From assembly GCA_965223665.1 (NCBI GenBank), contig OZ245011.1, forward strand, positions 1,632,001 through 1,696,000: DNA of 64,000 nucleotides. Direction: 5' to 3'. Position numbers and translations under genes: made by a program. Positions within the stretch are counted from its first letter, which is position 1; every line of letters begins with the position of its first letter. Below are positions 20,867 to 28,924 of the stretch, one piece after another. Below the pieces are notes generated by a model, which saw only the letters and a list, made by a program, of their open reading frames with translations, was not told the DNA's origin and searched no databases. Source of the stretch: Nitrospinaceae bacterium (GTDB lineage Bacteria > Nitrospinota > Nitrospinia > Nitrospinales > Nitrospinaceae).

Positions 20867-21913
20867 CTAATGAGTTTTGGTATTTAACTTTTTAAGCATG
20901 GCCGGAACGAATCTTTCAGACAGTTGCGCCGTCGCGTTTTGCAAAGCTTTTTTACCGGCCATTTCCGGTGATAAATCCACCGCCACGACCACCGCGCGGT
21001 CAATCGCTAAAATTTTTCCGGTGGTGCGTTCAATGGCCTTCACTTCCACCCTGCCCTTACTGGAAACCAGATTGCCCTTACGCAGTCCGAATTCACTAAA
21101 GGCTTCCCCCTCGATTTGCACATCCGGCGGAGAGCTGGCACTGACAGGATCGACTAATTGGAATCCCACACCCTGCATTATGGTTCCCAGTTCCGTTTCG
21201 GAAGCCGGGTCCAGGGTGCGTTGGCTCATGCTCATTTCATCGATTGAAATAGAAATAATCGGAAAATCATTCGTATCGTAATTCACAAGCTTCGCTTGCA
21301 GTTTTTGAATGGGGTCTTGTTCTGTATCGCTGGTGGCGACCAAATGGGAACCGCTCGTTGTCAGCACGTCGGCAACTTTCGCCGCCAATAGGGTTGCCGC
21401 TTCCGTGACTGAACCTCGTTTTGGGATCGTGACGGTTTGGCTGAACACCCGACCGGTCTCCACTCCAATAACTTTGGTCACCACCACCATGTTCGACTGC
21501 ACTTGAAACATTCGACCTGTAATAATTGCTTTTGCACCTGTTAAGTGGCCAATCCTGGCCGCGGTGCCGGGTTCGACTAATCCGGATTCTCCCAGTTCCA
21601 TTTCGCTTAAGGCTTTATTCAACTCGGCACGTTCTACCAAAGGGATGCCGTGTGTCTCCGAAAGTTCCTGAGTTAACAGTAAAGAAAACTCCTCGCCCAT
21701 GGTGTCGGCAGGTTCATCCTTTTTTCCTTTCAGGGTAGACATCAGGTCTTTAATTAAACTGGTTTCTTCACCGGTCACTGCCAAAGGAAGGACCGTGGCA
21801 ACCAACTCTCCCGTTTGCGCGGCGGCCGGGATGCTGGCCAAAGCCAACAGACCGAAAACGGCGGCCAGAATAATGGTTGTCACTAATTTTTTAATTGAAT
21901 GAATACCCTGCAT
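20867..21913 (-). CDS. CsgG/HfaB-family exported protein (two alpha/beta domains)
   Basis: Signal peptide; LVERAELNKALSEMELGESGLVEPGTAARIGHLTGAKAIITG, typical of the CsgG/HfaB-like fold. Confidence 0.8.
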   Translation of the reverse strand: MQGIHSIKKLVTTIILAAVFGLLALASIPAAAQTGELVATVLPLAVTGEETSLIKDLMSTLKGKKDEPADTMGEEFSLLLTQELSETHGIPLVERAELNKALSEMELGESGLVEPGTAARIGHLTGAKAIITGRMFQVQSNMVVVTKVIGVETGRVFSQTVTIPKRGSVTEAATLLAAKVADVLTTSGSHLVATSDTEQDPIQKLQAKLVNYDTNDFPIISISIDEMSMSQRTLDPASETELGTIMQGVGFQLVDPVSASSPPDVQIEGEAFSEFGLRKGNLVSSKGRVEVKAIERTTGKILAIDRAVVVAVDLSPEMAGKKALQNATAQLSERFVPAMLKKLNTKTH

Positions 21914-21939
21914 AATGTCTTTCCTTAAAATAAAAACAG

Positions 21940-22611
21940 TTATAAAACTTTCTGAAACATCTGGATCAATTCAAACTGGAATAACGGATTCTCCGACAGC
22001 TCGTCCAGAAAAAACATTTCTATTGAAACTTCTTTGGGTTTGTAGAGAACCTTAGGAATCCCTTCTACCTTTTCATTAAAATGAATTTTGCTTTGTTCCA
22101 GAATTAAAGAAGCCGCGGGAGATTTTGGAGCCTTCCGGTGATTGGAGATATAGGGAATATTGTTTTCCTCCAGAAACCTCTCCAGTTTTCCATCTGAGTC
22201 GGCAACCACAAGATCATGCTTTAACGCCCAGTCCCGGATGGGATCCAGCATTTGTTGTGGATATACCTGCAATTTAACAGTTTCGGTGCGCTTCCATCCA
22301 TGGGAGGTTAAAAGGTTCACTTCTAATTCAAGTTCCGTCTTGCGGCGCACTTCTGGTATTTCAATGTGAAAGAGTTTGGTGCATGGACTGATGGATGGAT
22401 CACCAATCGGAACCTGCAGCGCACTGGTCTTACCAAAAAGTTGCAGACGAATTTTCTGGCAACCTTTCATTTCTGTCTTTAAAGGGATCGATAATGTCTT
22501 ACCCCCAAAAGTATGATGGGTCGAATTGGCGACACTTGATTCGGGAATGGAAAATGCGAACAGAATCCCCAACAACGTTGTAACAACCCCTCTTTGAAAC
22601 AAAGTCATCAA
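21940..22611 (-). CDS. Exported hypothetical protein, first gene of the CsgG-like operon
   Basis: 223-aa ORF with a signal peptide; co-oriented with and 26 nt from the next gene. Confidence 0.7.
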   Translation of the reverse strand: MMTLFQRGVVTTLLGILFAFSIPESSVANSTHHTFGGKTLSIPLKTEMKGCQKIRLQLFGKTSALQVPIGDPSISPCTKLFHIEIPEVRRKTELELEVNLLTSHGWKRTETVKLQVYPQQMLDPIRDWALKHDLVVADSDGKLERFLEENNIPYISNHRKAPKSPAASLILEQSKIHFNEKVEGIPKVLYKPKEVSIEMFFLDELSENPLFQFELIQMFQKVL

Positions 22612-22890
22612 TAATTTTCCGGATTATTTAAATTTACTTAGAAGGTAATTGTATCATACCGATAAATATTAATTAACCTGTTTTTTAAGCAGGGAGTTTT
22701 CAAAGAGTTTCACGAGCGATTTATGGATTCAAAGGAAAGAATCTCGAGAAAATAGGAATTGGGGCCCTGGTTTAGGTTTCTTATGCGAGATGCCCCTGAA
22801 AAAATAACGAGAAGGTTTTATATATATAGTAACCCTCCAAAAGGAACTAAGGGGTAAAAGCAGAAAAATAATAAAAATATGAAAAGTGAA

Positions 22891-23421
22891 GTCGATGCGC
22901 TCCCGGTTTCCCCAACCTGGCGGTTGGATGCAAAAAGGATTCTCAAAAGTCTGTGGACAAATAATATTTGAACAACCTGACGAAAATTTATTCCGGGTGC
23001 AGCGTTACGCTGCGGGTGATGGACCACCTGGGGTTTTGTTGAACTGAAAGAAATGAATAAATAGTTTCCGGAAATTCAGTTGAAAAGATAACTCATCGAG
23101 AATTTAGGCTGCCTCAGGCGCTAGCCTGTTCCCACCGGCCGGGGGCCGGGCCGCGTCACGCTGCGGGTGATTCACAGCCAGAGGACTTCGGGCTTGCGAC
23201 TGCAAGCAAAGAGGAAAACAAGAGAAAAAAGGGAATGAGGTTTTTAGTTTTGTAACGATATCACCTTAAGAATCGTTACTTCAGGTTTCTTTGGGGGAAG
23301 CGAACCAAAGTGGAAAGATTTCAGTGCTAAGCTGCCTCCACGGCGAGTGGCCGGGTTCCCCCTCCTCCTCACCGCCCCCAAACTCACCAAAGCGGTTCAT
23401 TAAATTTATCGAGTGGGTTCT
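22891..23421. repeat. Modular intergenic repeat, copy 1
   Basis: 23014-23148 matches 27517-27651; 23311-23421 matches 24729-24820, 25797-25863 and 28121-28229. Confidence 0.85.
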
Positions 23422-23522
23422 GATTTTTCTCCATCATCCTTTGCGTAAAAGAGAAATGAAAATAAATACCAAAGAAATTAATCACAGAGTCGTGTTAGGG
23501 AGAATAGAGAGGTTGGAATTCG

Positions 23523-23843
23523 CTACTGAAGATGATTGAGTTTGAGTGGAGCCAGGCGATAACCCATCGCATGCATGATGGCATTGATATTTTCAAACCT
23601 GGGATTGCCTTCCTCCGAAAGCGCTTTTTGAATGCCATTCCGCGAAATTCCCGTTTCACGTGAGATCTCGGAAATTCCTTTCACACGACAAACCATACGC
23701 ATAGAAGAAAGCAAGGCGGACATATTTCCATCCTTTGCATATTCATCAAAAATTTCAGATAAATAATCATCAATTTCATCCGGGTGTTCGCGGTAATATT
23801 CCTCAGACACTTCATCCAGTGTTCTATATTTTCTTTTAGCCAT
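23523..23843 (-). CDS. Type II TA antitoxin, HTH addiction-module antidote (HI1420/HigA-like)
   Basis: GISEISRETGISRNGIQKALSEEGNPRFENI HTH; overlaps the upstream toxin gene. Confidence 0.9.
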   Translation of the reverse strand: MAKRKYRTLDEVSEEYYREHPDEIDDYLSEIFDEYAKDGNMSALLSSMRMVCRVKGISEISRETGISRNGIQKALSEEGNPRFENINAIMHAMGYRLAPLKLNHLQ

Positions 23844-24174
23844 GGCTTTTATGCTCCTTCCAATATTCCTTAGCGGCTTTTATATCTTTATCCTGACTGC
23901 CCTTATCGCCTCCGCATAACAGAATCACAATATGGCCCGCCTCTTCACCAAAATAAACCCGGTAGCCGGGACCATAGAAGACACGCAATTCGGAAACTCC
24001 CTCGCCAACAGGTTGACAATCGCCATAATTTCCAGCTTCGAGTCGTCTTAAACGAGCATCAATACGCGCTTTTCCTTTTGTATCTTTCAAACCCTTAAAC
24101 CAAATCGTGAAAGGCTCATTGCCGCTTTCATCCTGATAAACAACAAGAGTCTTCGGCTGTACCGGTTTAACCAT
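23836..24174 (-). CDS. Type II TA toxin, RelE/ParE family addiction-module killer (HI1419/HigB-like)
   Basis: ARIDARLRRLEAGNYGD..PVGEGVSELRVFYGPGYRVYF...ILLCGGDKGSQDKDI; toxin-first gene order. Confidence 0.92.
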   Translation of the reverse strand: MVKPVQPKTLVVYQDESGNEPFTIWFKGLKDTKGKARIDARLRRLEAGNYGDCQPVGEGVSELRVFYGPGYRVYFGEEAGHIVILLCGGDKGSQDKDIKAAKEYWKEHKSHG

Positions 24175-24280
24175 AATTCTAATTTATCATATGCATAATA
24201 TACTATGCAAGTATTTTTAACTTGCCCATGATCCTGAAAAAACAAAGTACCAAAAACTCTGGGCAGCACTTCAAATTCAG

Positions 24281-24904
24281 CGGAGGGAGAGGAGAAATTT
24301 TTTTGGTTTGGTGGAAAACTCCTGAATGTGAATCACCCTAGCCCTCTTTAGAAAAGAGGGAACACATCAATCTCTACTCAACATCATTTTTTAAAGGGGA
24401 CTCAACCTCAGCGGAGAGAATTTTTTTTTGATTTGGGACGAAAAGAAATAGAAGAATGGGGTAAGAAGGTTTCGAAGGGCAGTGGGCTGGGATTGTATTG
24501 GGTGGAAAAGAATAGGAACAAAATTCATGGAAAGATTTCAAAAATTATACTGACCTTCAGAAAAAAATGCAGAAGAGAAATCGATATATTCCCTCTTTCC
24601 TAAAGAGGGCAAGGGTGATTCACCTCCAGGGGTTTTAGAAATGATAAATCCAATAATGCGAAGTCTCTGAGGATACTGTTGGCAAGAAAGCACATCGGAA
24701 ATGAAAGGCACCTTCCAGGCGGGGCCTGGCTGCCTCCACGGTGAGTGGCCGGGCTCACCCTCCTCCTCCCCGCCCCCAAACTCACCAAAGCGGTTTGTTA
24801 AACTTGTCGAGTGGGTTCTATATATTGAAACTCACCTTCAGAAAACAATATTGAAAGTAGCGCTATGCGTTCCCCCTTTTTATGAAGGGGGCTAGGGGGA
24901 TTTT
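24281..24904. repeat. Modular intergenic repeat, copy 2 (includes three REP-like palindromes)
   Basis: CGGAGGGAGAGGAGAAATT head and GGGACGAAAAGAAAT...GAACAAAAT.CATGGAAAGATTT block shared with 25632-25770; palindromes at 24328-24367, 24584-24624 and 24865-24904. Confidence 0.85.
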
Positions 24905-25027
24905 ACATAAGTTCGCATTCCAAAAGAAAGCATAGCGTGGAAACACGCCAAAATTTTGATTCTTATGTATATTTTATGTATAATTTATGGATATTTTATA
25001 TAAGCGAACGCAAAAGGGATCATTAAA

Positions 25028-25321
25028 ATGCATTTAAATCTAGGATCGGAATTTGAAGAATTCATTCAAAGTCAGGTTTCCTCCGGCATGTATGGGAATG
25101 CGACGGAAGTGATTCGAGATGCCTTACGGCACATGAAAGAACAACAGGAGGAAAAGCGCCTTGAAAACATTCGTGCATTATTAGATATCGGGGAAAAACA
25201 AATTGCCAAAGGCCATACGGTGCCTTACACTGCGGATTTGCTGGATCGGCTAACAGAGGAAGCCCTCGCCAATTCCAAAAAAGGCAAACCCGTTAAGAAT
25301 GCAATCAAACCCAAACGCTGA
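25028..25321 (+). CDS. parD: Type II TA antitoxin, ParD family (RHH, CC2985-like)
   Basis: FEEFIQSQVSSGMYGNATEVIRDALR motif. Confidence 0.9.
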   Translation: MHLNLGSEFEEFIQSQVSSGMYGNATEVIRDALRHMKEQQEEKRLENIRALLDIGEKQIAKGHTVPYTADLLDRLTEEALANSKKGKPVKNAIKPKR

Positions 25322-25619
25322 ACACACCCTCGAACTTTCACAGGAAGCCCAGGACGATATCCGGGATATTCTTCAATACACGTTCGATACCTATGGCAAG
25401 TCGCAGCTACTCAGCTACAAAACCAAAATCGACCAGGCATTGCAGAGGCTTCAGAAGAATCCCGGCCTGGGTCACAAACGCCCCGATCTTCCCCCAGAAT
25501 ACGATGCCTATTTGGTAGAACAACACGTTCTAATCTTTCGATTGGAAACTAGAAAAATATTTATCGTGAGAGTCCTACACGGCCGAATGGACTTCACCCG
25601 CGCATTGGATGGGAACTAA
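25299..25619 (+). CDS. parE: Type II TA toxin, ParE family
   Basis: LSQEAQDDIRDILQYT...NPGLGHKRPDL...HVLIFR...IVRVLHGRMD. Confidence 0.9.
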   Translation: MQSNPNAEHTLELSQEAQDDIRDILQYTFDTYGKSQLLSYKTKIDQALQRLQKNPGLGHKRPDLPPEYDAYLVEQHVLIFRLETRKIFIVRVLHGRMDFTRALDGN

Positions 25620-25627
25620 ACATTACC

Positions 25628-25863
25628 TGAACGGAGGGAGAGGAGAAATTAGTTTAATGATTTGGGACGAAAAGAAATTGGGGAATGAGGTAAAGAGTTT
25701 TCGTTGGCCAGTGGACTGGGACTGTATCTGGTGAAAAAGAATATGAACAAAATCCATGGAAAGATTTCCGTGAAAAGCAATACTGAAGGCACTGTGTTCA
25801 CCCTCCTCCTCCCCTCCCTAAAACTCCCAATGGCAGTTTATTAAATATTTAGAGTGGGTTCTA
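25628..25863. repeat. Modular intergenic repeat, copy 3 (compact form)
   Basis: Starts CTGAACGGAGGGAGAGGAGAAATT and ends GAGTGGGTTCTA like the other copies. Confidence 0.85.
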
Positions 25864-26129
25864 TATAGTAGGTTGGAAAGAAAACGAAAAACTTATTTTT
25901 TGGGGTTGTATTAATGTTGTGTTTACGAGGTTAATTCCGTTCAAGTGAGAAGTTACTAAAATTATTTCTTGAATTCTAAATGTGTAAATTGGAGGAAGTT
26001 ATTTTAGTCTTGTTAACAAAAAAATTTAATTTTTATCAATATATTTTGTGCAAAGACCATCAAAATAAGGTTTCTTTCAATGCTTTTCCAAAATATTTTA
26101 AACTTAGTTTGGGATTATATAACGAATAA

Positions 26130-26528
26130 TTATTTATCCTTTAACCTTTCTTTAGCTGACTGGCTTACAAATTTAGAAGTGTCCGAGGCCAAAATTTCCA
26201 AAACATCATCAGGAGTTTTTTTGTTACAAGCAATTCGTTTTCTAACGGATTCGTCTTCATCATGAGCTAGTTTTTCGAACAAAGTTCTATCCAATTTTCT
26301 TTTAAAAGCTACCCACCAGCGTACTTCTGGGTCAGGATCATCAGATAAAATCCTCAATATATTTAATTGAACCTTTTTATTTTGAACAACCCACTTCTTC
26401 ATTTTCGGGTACTTTTCAATGACTTCCAACCAAACTTCTTCACTGGCTTCTTCCCGAGCTGCTCGGTTGTATTCTTCCAAGTCCTCACTTGTTCCTAATC
26501 GAATTAATTCATTTGCCGATAAAATCAT
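26130..26528 (-). CDS. HEAT/LRV-repeat protein, probable immunity protein
   Basis: GAGGT RBS before the ATG at 26528; repeats LSDDPDPEVRWWVA, LAHDEDESVRKRIA, LASDTSKFV. Confidence 0.75.
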   Translation of the reverse strand: MILSANELIRLGTSEDLEEYNRAAREEASEEVWLEVIEKYPKMKKWVVQNKKVQLNILRILSDDPDPEVRWWVAFKRKLDRTLFEKLAHDEDESVRKRIACNKKTPDDVLEILASDTSKFVSQSAKERLKDK

Positions 26529-26651
26529 ATAAAAACCTCGCGCCACTAAAATCTTTCCAGGAAATAAACAATCCGGTATAGCTTTTATGGACCTTTCATA
26601 TAATTATTTTACTTACAAACCGTTTTGGTAAAATTCATTTTCTTAAATTTC

Positions 26652-27011
26652 TTAAACTATAATATGCTTATCTTTCCAGCTGATTTCATAGGATTCAAAA
26701 CTATCATTACTATCTAATAAAATTAATTGAAAATCATTAGAAAAAAATAATTGAATATCTCCTGTGCCAAAGTTAATTACTTTATTGACGTTTTTTCCCA
26801 AAAAATCAACCAAATTTTTTGAGAATCTTGGTTCATTACTAGAAACTTCAATGGCTTTTCCCATAGGATCAATTATTTTGAATTTCGAATAAAGTATAAA
26901 ATTAAGCTCATTACTATAATTCAAAATAACCTCATTGAGACCAATACTCACCTGAATTAATTCGGCACCAATAATAAAATTCAAGTTAACAGATTTATCC
27001 AAACCATACAT
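26652..27011 (-). CDS. Probable immunity protein (DUF6188-like) for the adjacent orphan toxin tip
   Basis: 119-aa AT-rich ORF 12 nt downstream of the toxin-like ORF; pattern L.GKNV.KV...GDIQLFFSN. Confidence 0.65.
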   Translation of the reverse strand: MYGLDKSVNLNFIIGAELIQVSIGLNEVILNYSNELNFILYSKFKIIDPMGKAIEVSSNEPRFSKNLVDFLGKNVNKVINFGTGDIQLFFSNDFQLILLDSNDSFESYEISWKDKHIIV

Positions 27012-27023
27012 AATTTTTCCTTA

Positions 27024-27446
27024 TTATTTTTTTGGAGGCAAAGGTATATGAGTTTCATCTTTCGGACCCGGTTTTCCCGTTGAAGGGTTAATAGGTTGAC
27101 CATGCTTATTGTATTGCCTCCAATAACCATTTGGATATTGTTTGGTAGGAGGCATTACTCGAATGGTATTTGCATTTCCTGTTGTTCCAGGAATACGCCA
27201 AATAGTACCACCTTTTGTACCAGGTACATCAACATATCCTTCAGGTATTTTTGGCTTTTGAGGGGGATTAGTTGGCGCCTTAAATTTTTTAGCTTCCTTG
27301 GGTTTACCCGGTGTTTTGGCTTTAACCTTGTTTTTTGAAAATAACTTAGATAACCACTTTAATACAGGACCCAACATACCAGCTTCTACAATTACAGGGT
27401 CTGCATCTGACATTACCTGCCCCGAATCCGTATAATCCTTCCACAA
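27024..27446 (-). CDS. Orphan polymorphic-toxin C-terminal tip (probable nuclease-type toxin fragment)
   Basis: No ATG start; basic, Pro/Gly-rich; [31 protein letters not shown]...THIPL resembles RHS toxin tips; followed by an immunity-like gene. Confidence 0.6.
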   Translation of the reverse strand: MWKDYTDSGQVMSDADPVIVEAGMLGPVLKWLSKLFSKNKVKAKTPGKPKEAKKFKAPTNPPQKPKIPEGYVDVPGTKGGTIWRIPGTTGNANTIRVMPPTKQYPNGYWRQYNKHGQPINPSTGKPGPKDETHIPLPPKK

Positions 27447-27483
27447 GTTTCACTTTCCTTTAGAAAAAAATATAAAAAGGAAG

Positions 27484-28229
27484 AGCGATGCGCTCCCTCT
27501 TTCCTAAAGAGGGATGGGGTGATTGACCACCTGGGGTTTTGTTGGACTGGAAAAAATGAATGGATAGTTTCTGGAGAATTAGTTGAAAAGGAAACTCATC
27601 GAGAATTTAGGCTGCCTCAGGCGCTAGCCGGTTCCCAGCGGCCGGGGGCCGTCTGGTGAAAAAGAATATGAACAAAATTATGGAAAAGTTTCAGTAGAAA
27701 GCAATGCCGCCAAGTGGGAAAAGGAAGAAATCCCCCCAGCCCCCTTCATGAAAGGGGGAGCACATCGATTCTCGTTCAATGCTAACTTTTTAAAGGTAAG
27801 CTTAAGTCTGACAGGGGGAGGAGAAAATTGTTTTTTGGTTTGGGACGAAAGGAAATAGGAGAATTGGTTTTTAGGTTGATTGCAAGAAAAACGCTAGAAA
27901 AGCTTCTAAGCATCCGCTCACACAAAAACTCATCGCCAACCTGCGGTTGGAGGCAACTGGCATTTTCGAATATCCTTGTGCGTCGGAATACACACCCACT
28001 CATCGAAATTTAAATTTGTCTGCGGGCGCTGGCCCGCTGCCCCTCACGGCGAGTGAGTTCCCACCGGCCCGGGGCCGGGTTGGGGCTGTATCTGGTGAAA
28101 AAGAATATGAACAAAATCCAGGGAAAGATTTCAGTGGCAAGCTCCCTCCACGGCGAGTGGCCGGGCTCACCCTCCTCCTCCCCACCCCAAAATTCCCTAA
28201 GACGGTTCTTTAGATTTTGAGTGGGTTCA
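27484..28229. repeat. Modular intergenic repeat, copy 4 (long form)
   Basis: Contains most modules seen in copies 1-3, palindromes at 27488-27540 and 27728-27765, and ends GAGTGGGTTCA. Confidence 0.85.
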
Positions 28230-28286
28230 ATACATAGAATATGATCCAATAAGAAGTCGCGGCGAAAAAGAAAAGAATTCTTTAAT

Positions 28287-28856
28287 TTACTCCACCGATC
28301 TCCATCGGTACCAAAAATTTTTTGAACCTCCAACAGGAATAACCCATAAAACAGCACCCCCTATTCCCACATCCTCTTTACCAATAAGAGTTCCATCCTT
28401 GGCTTTAACTAATCCTAGTTTTAAACTAACCCGGGACCATGCTGGACCGGTCACCGTATAATCAACAAGTGAGGGGATCCATATTAATCCATCGTCACAT
28501 TCGAAATCACCTTTCTTTCTTCTTAAATTTTTCATTTCCTTGACTGTGTCGCCCACCATGGATTCAATCCGAATTTCATTTTCATTTTTATGAGAAATTC
28601 TTACAAGATAGGCGTGAGTTTTAGACTTCCCCCTATTCAATCGGTACCACAATTCATCAATAGGTTCTTTGGATTGATTAAAACGCTGATATTCTGTATC
28701 AGGGTTTGTGGACTCACCTCGATTGGAATACAACCCGGAAATATCAGGACAATCATCCGAATCGTTGATTTCCATTTTCGGCCAGTAACTGGGTGGAGGT
28801 TGGTTAGAAATACACCCACTATAAAAAATCCATACAATCAGGAAAAATACTCGCAT
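28287..28856 (-). CDS. Lipoprotein, probable cognate immunity protein of the RHS toxin
   Basis: Lipobox-like YSGC; CPDISGLYSN; first gene downstream of the RHS stop. Confidence 0.7.
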   Translation of the reverse strand: MRVFFLIVWIFYSGCISNQPPPSYWPKMEINDSDDCPDISGLYSNRGESTNPDTEYQRFNQSKEPIDELWYRLNRGKSKTHAYLVRISHKNENEIRIESMVGDTVKEMKNLRRKKGDFECDDGLIWIPSLVDYTVTGPAWSRVSLKLGLVKAKDGTLIGKEDVGIGGAVLWVIPVGGSKNFWYRWRSVE

Positions 28857-28924
28857 GATTTCCTATTTCCGTATAAAACGAAATCTTGGATTTAACTATA
28901 CAAATCTTTCGCAAAAAGTAAAAG

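Noticed and set aside
14304-22611. Curli or holdfast secretion operon
   Set aside because: Only CsgG-like domains are present; no curlin repeats, CsgE/CsgF or polysaccharide genes.
22891-28229. Integron attC array, IS ends or group II intron remnants
   Set aside because: No RYYYAAC...GTTRRRY boxes, clear terminal inverted repeats, target duplications, domain V motif, integrase or transposase were found.
23291-28357. Short ORFs sharing LHGEWPGSPSSSPPPNSPKRF or GRRRVSPAT (23291, 24600, 24701, 27947, 28000, 28010)
   Set aside because: These are translations of the non-coding repeat; frames, starts and lengths are not conserved between copies.
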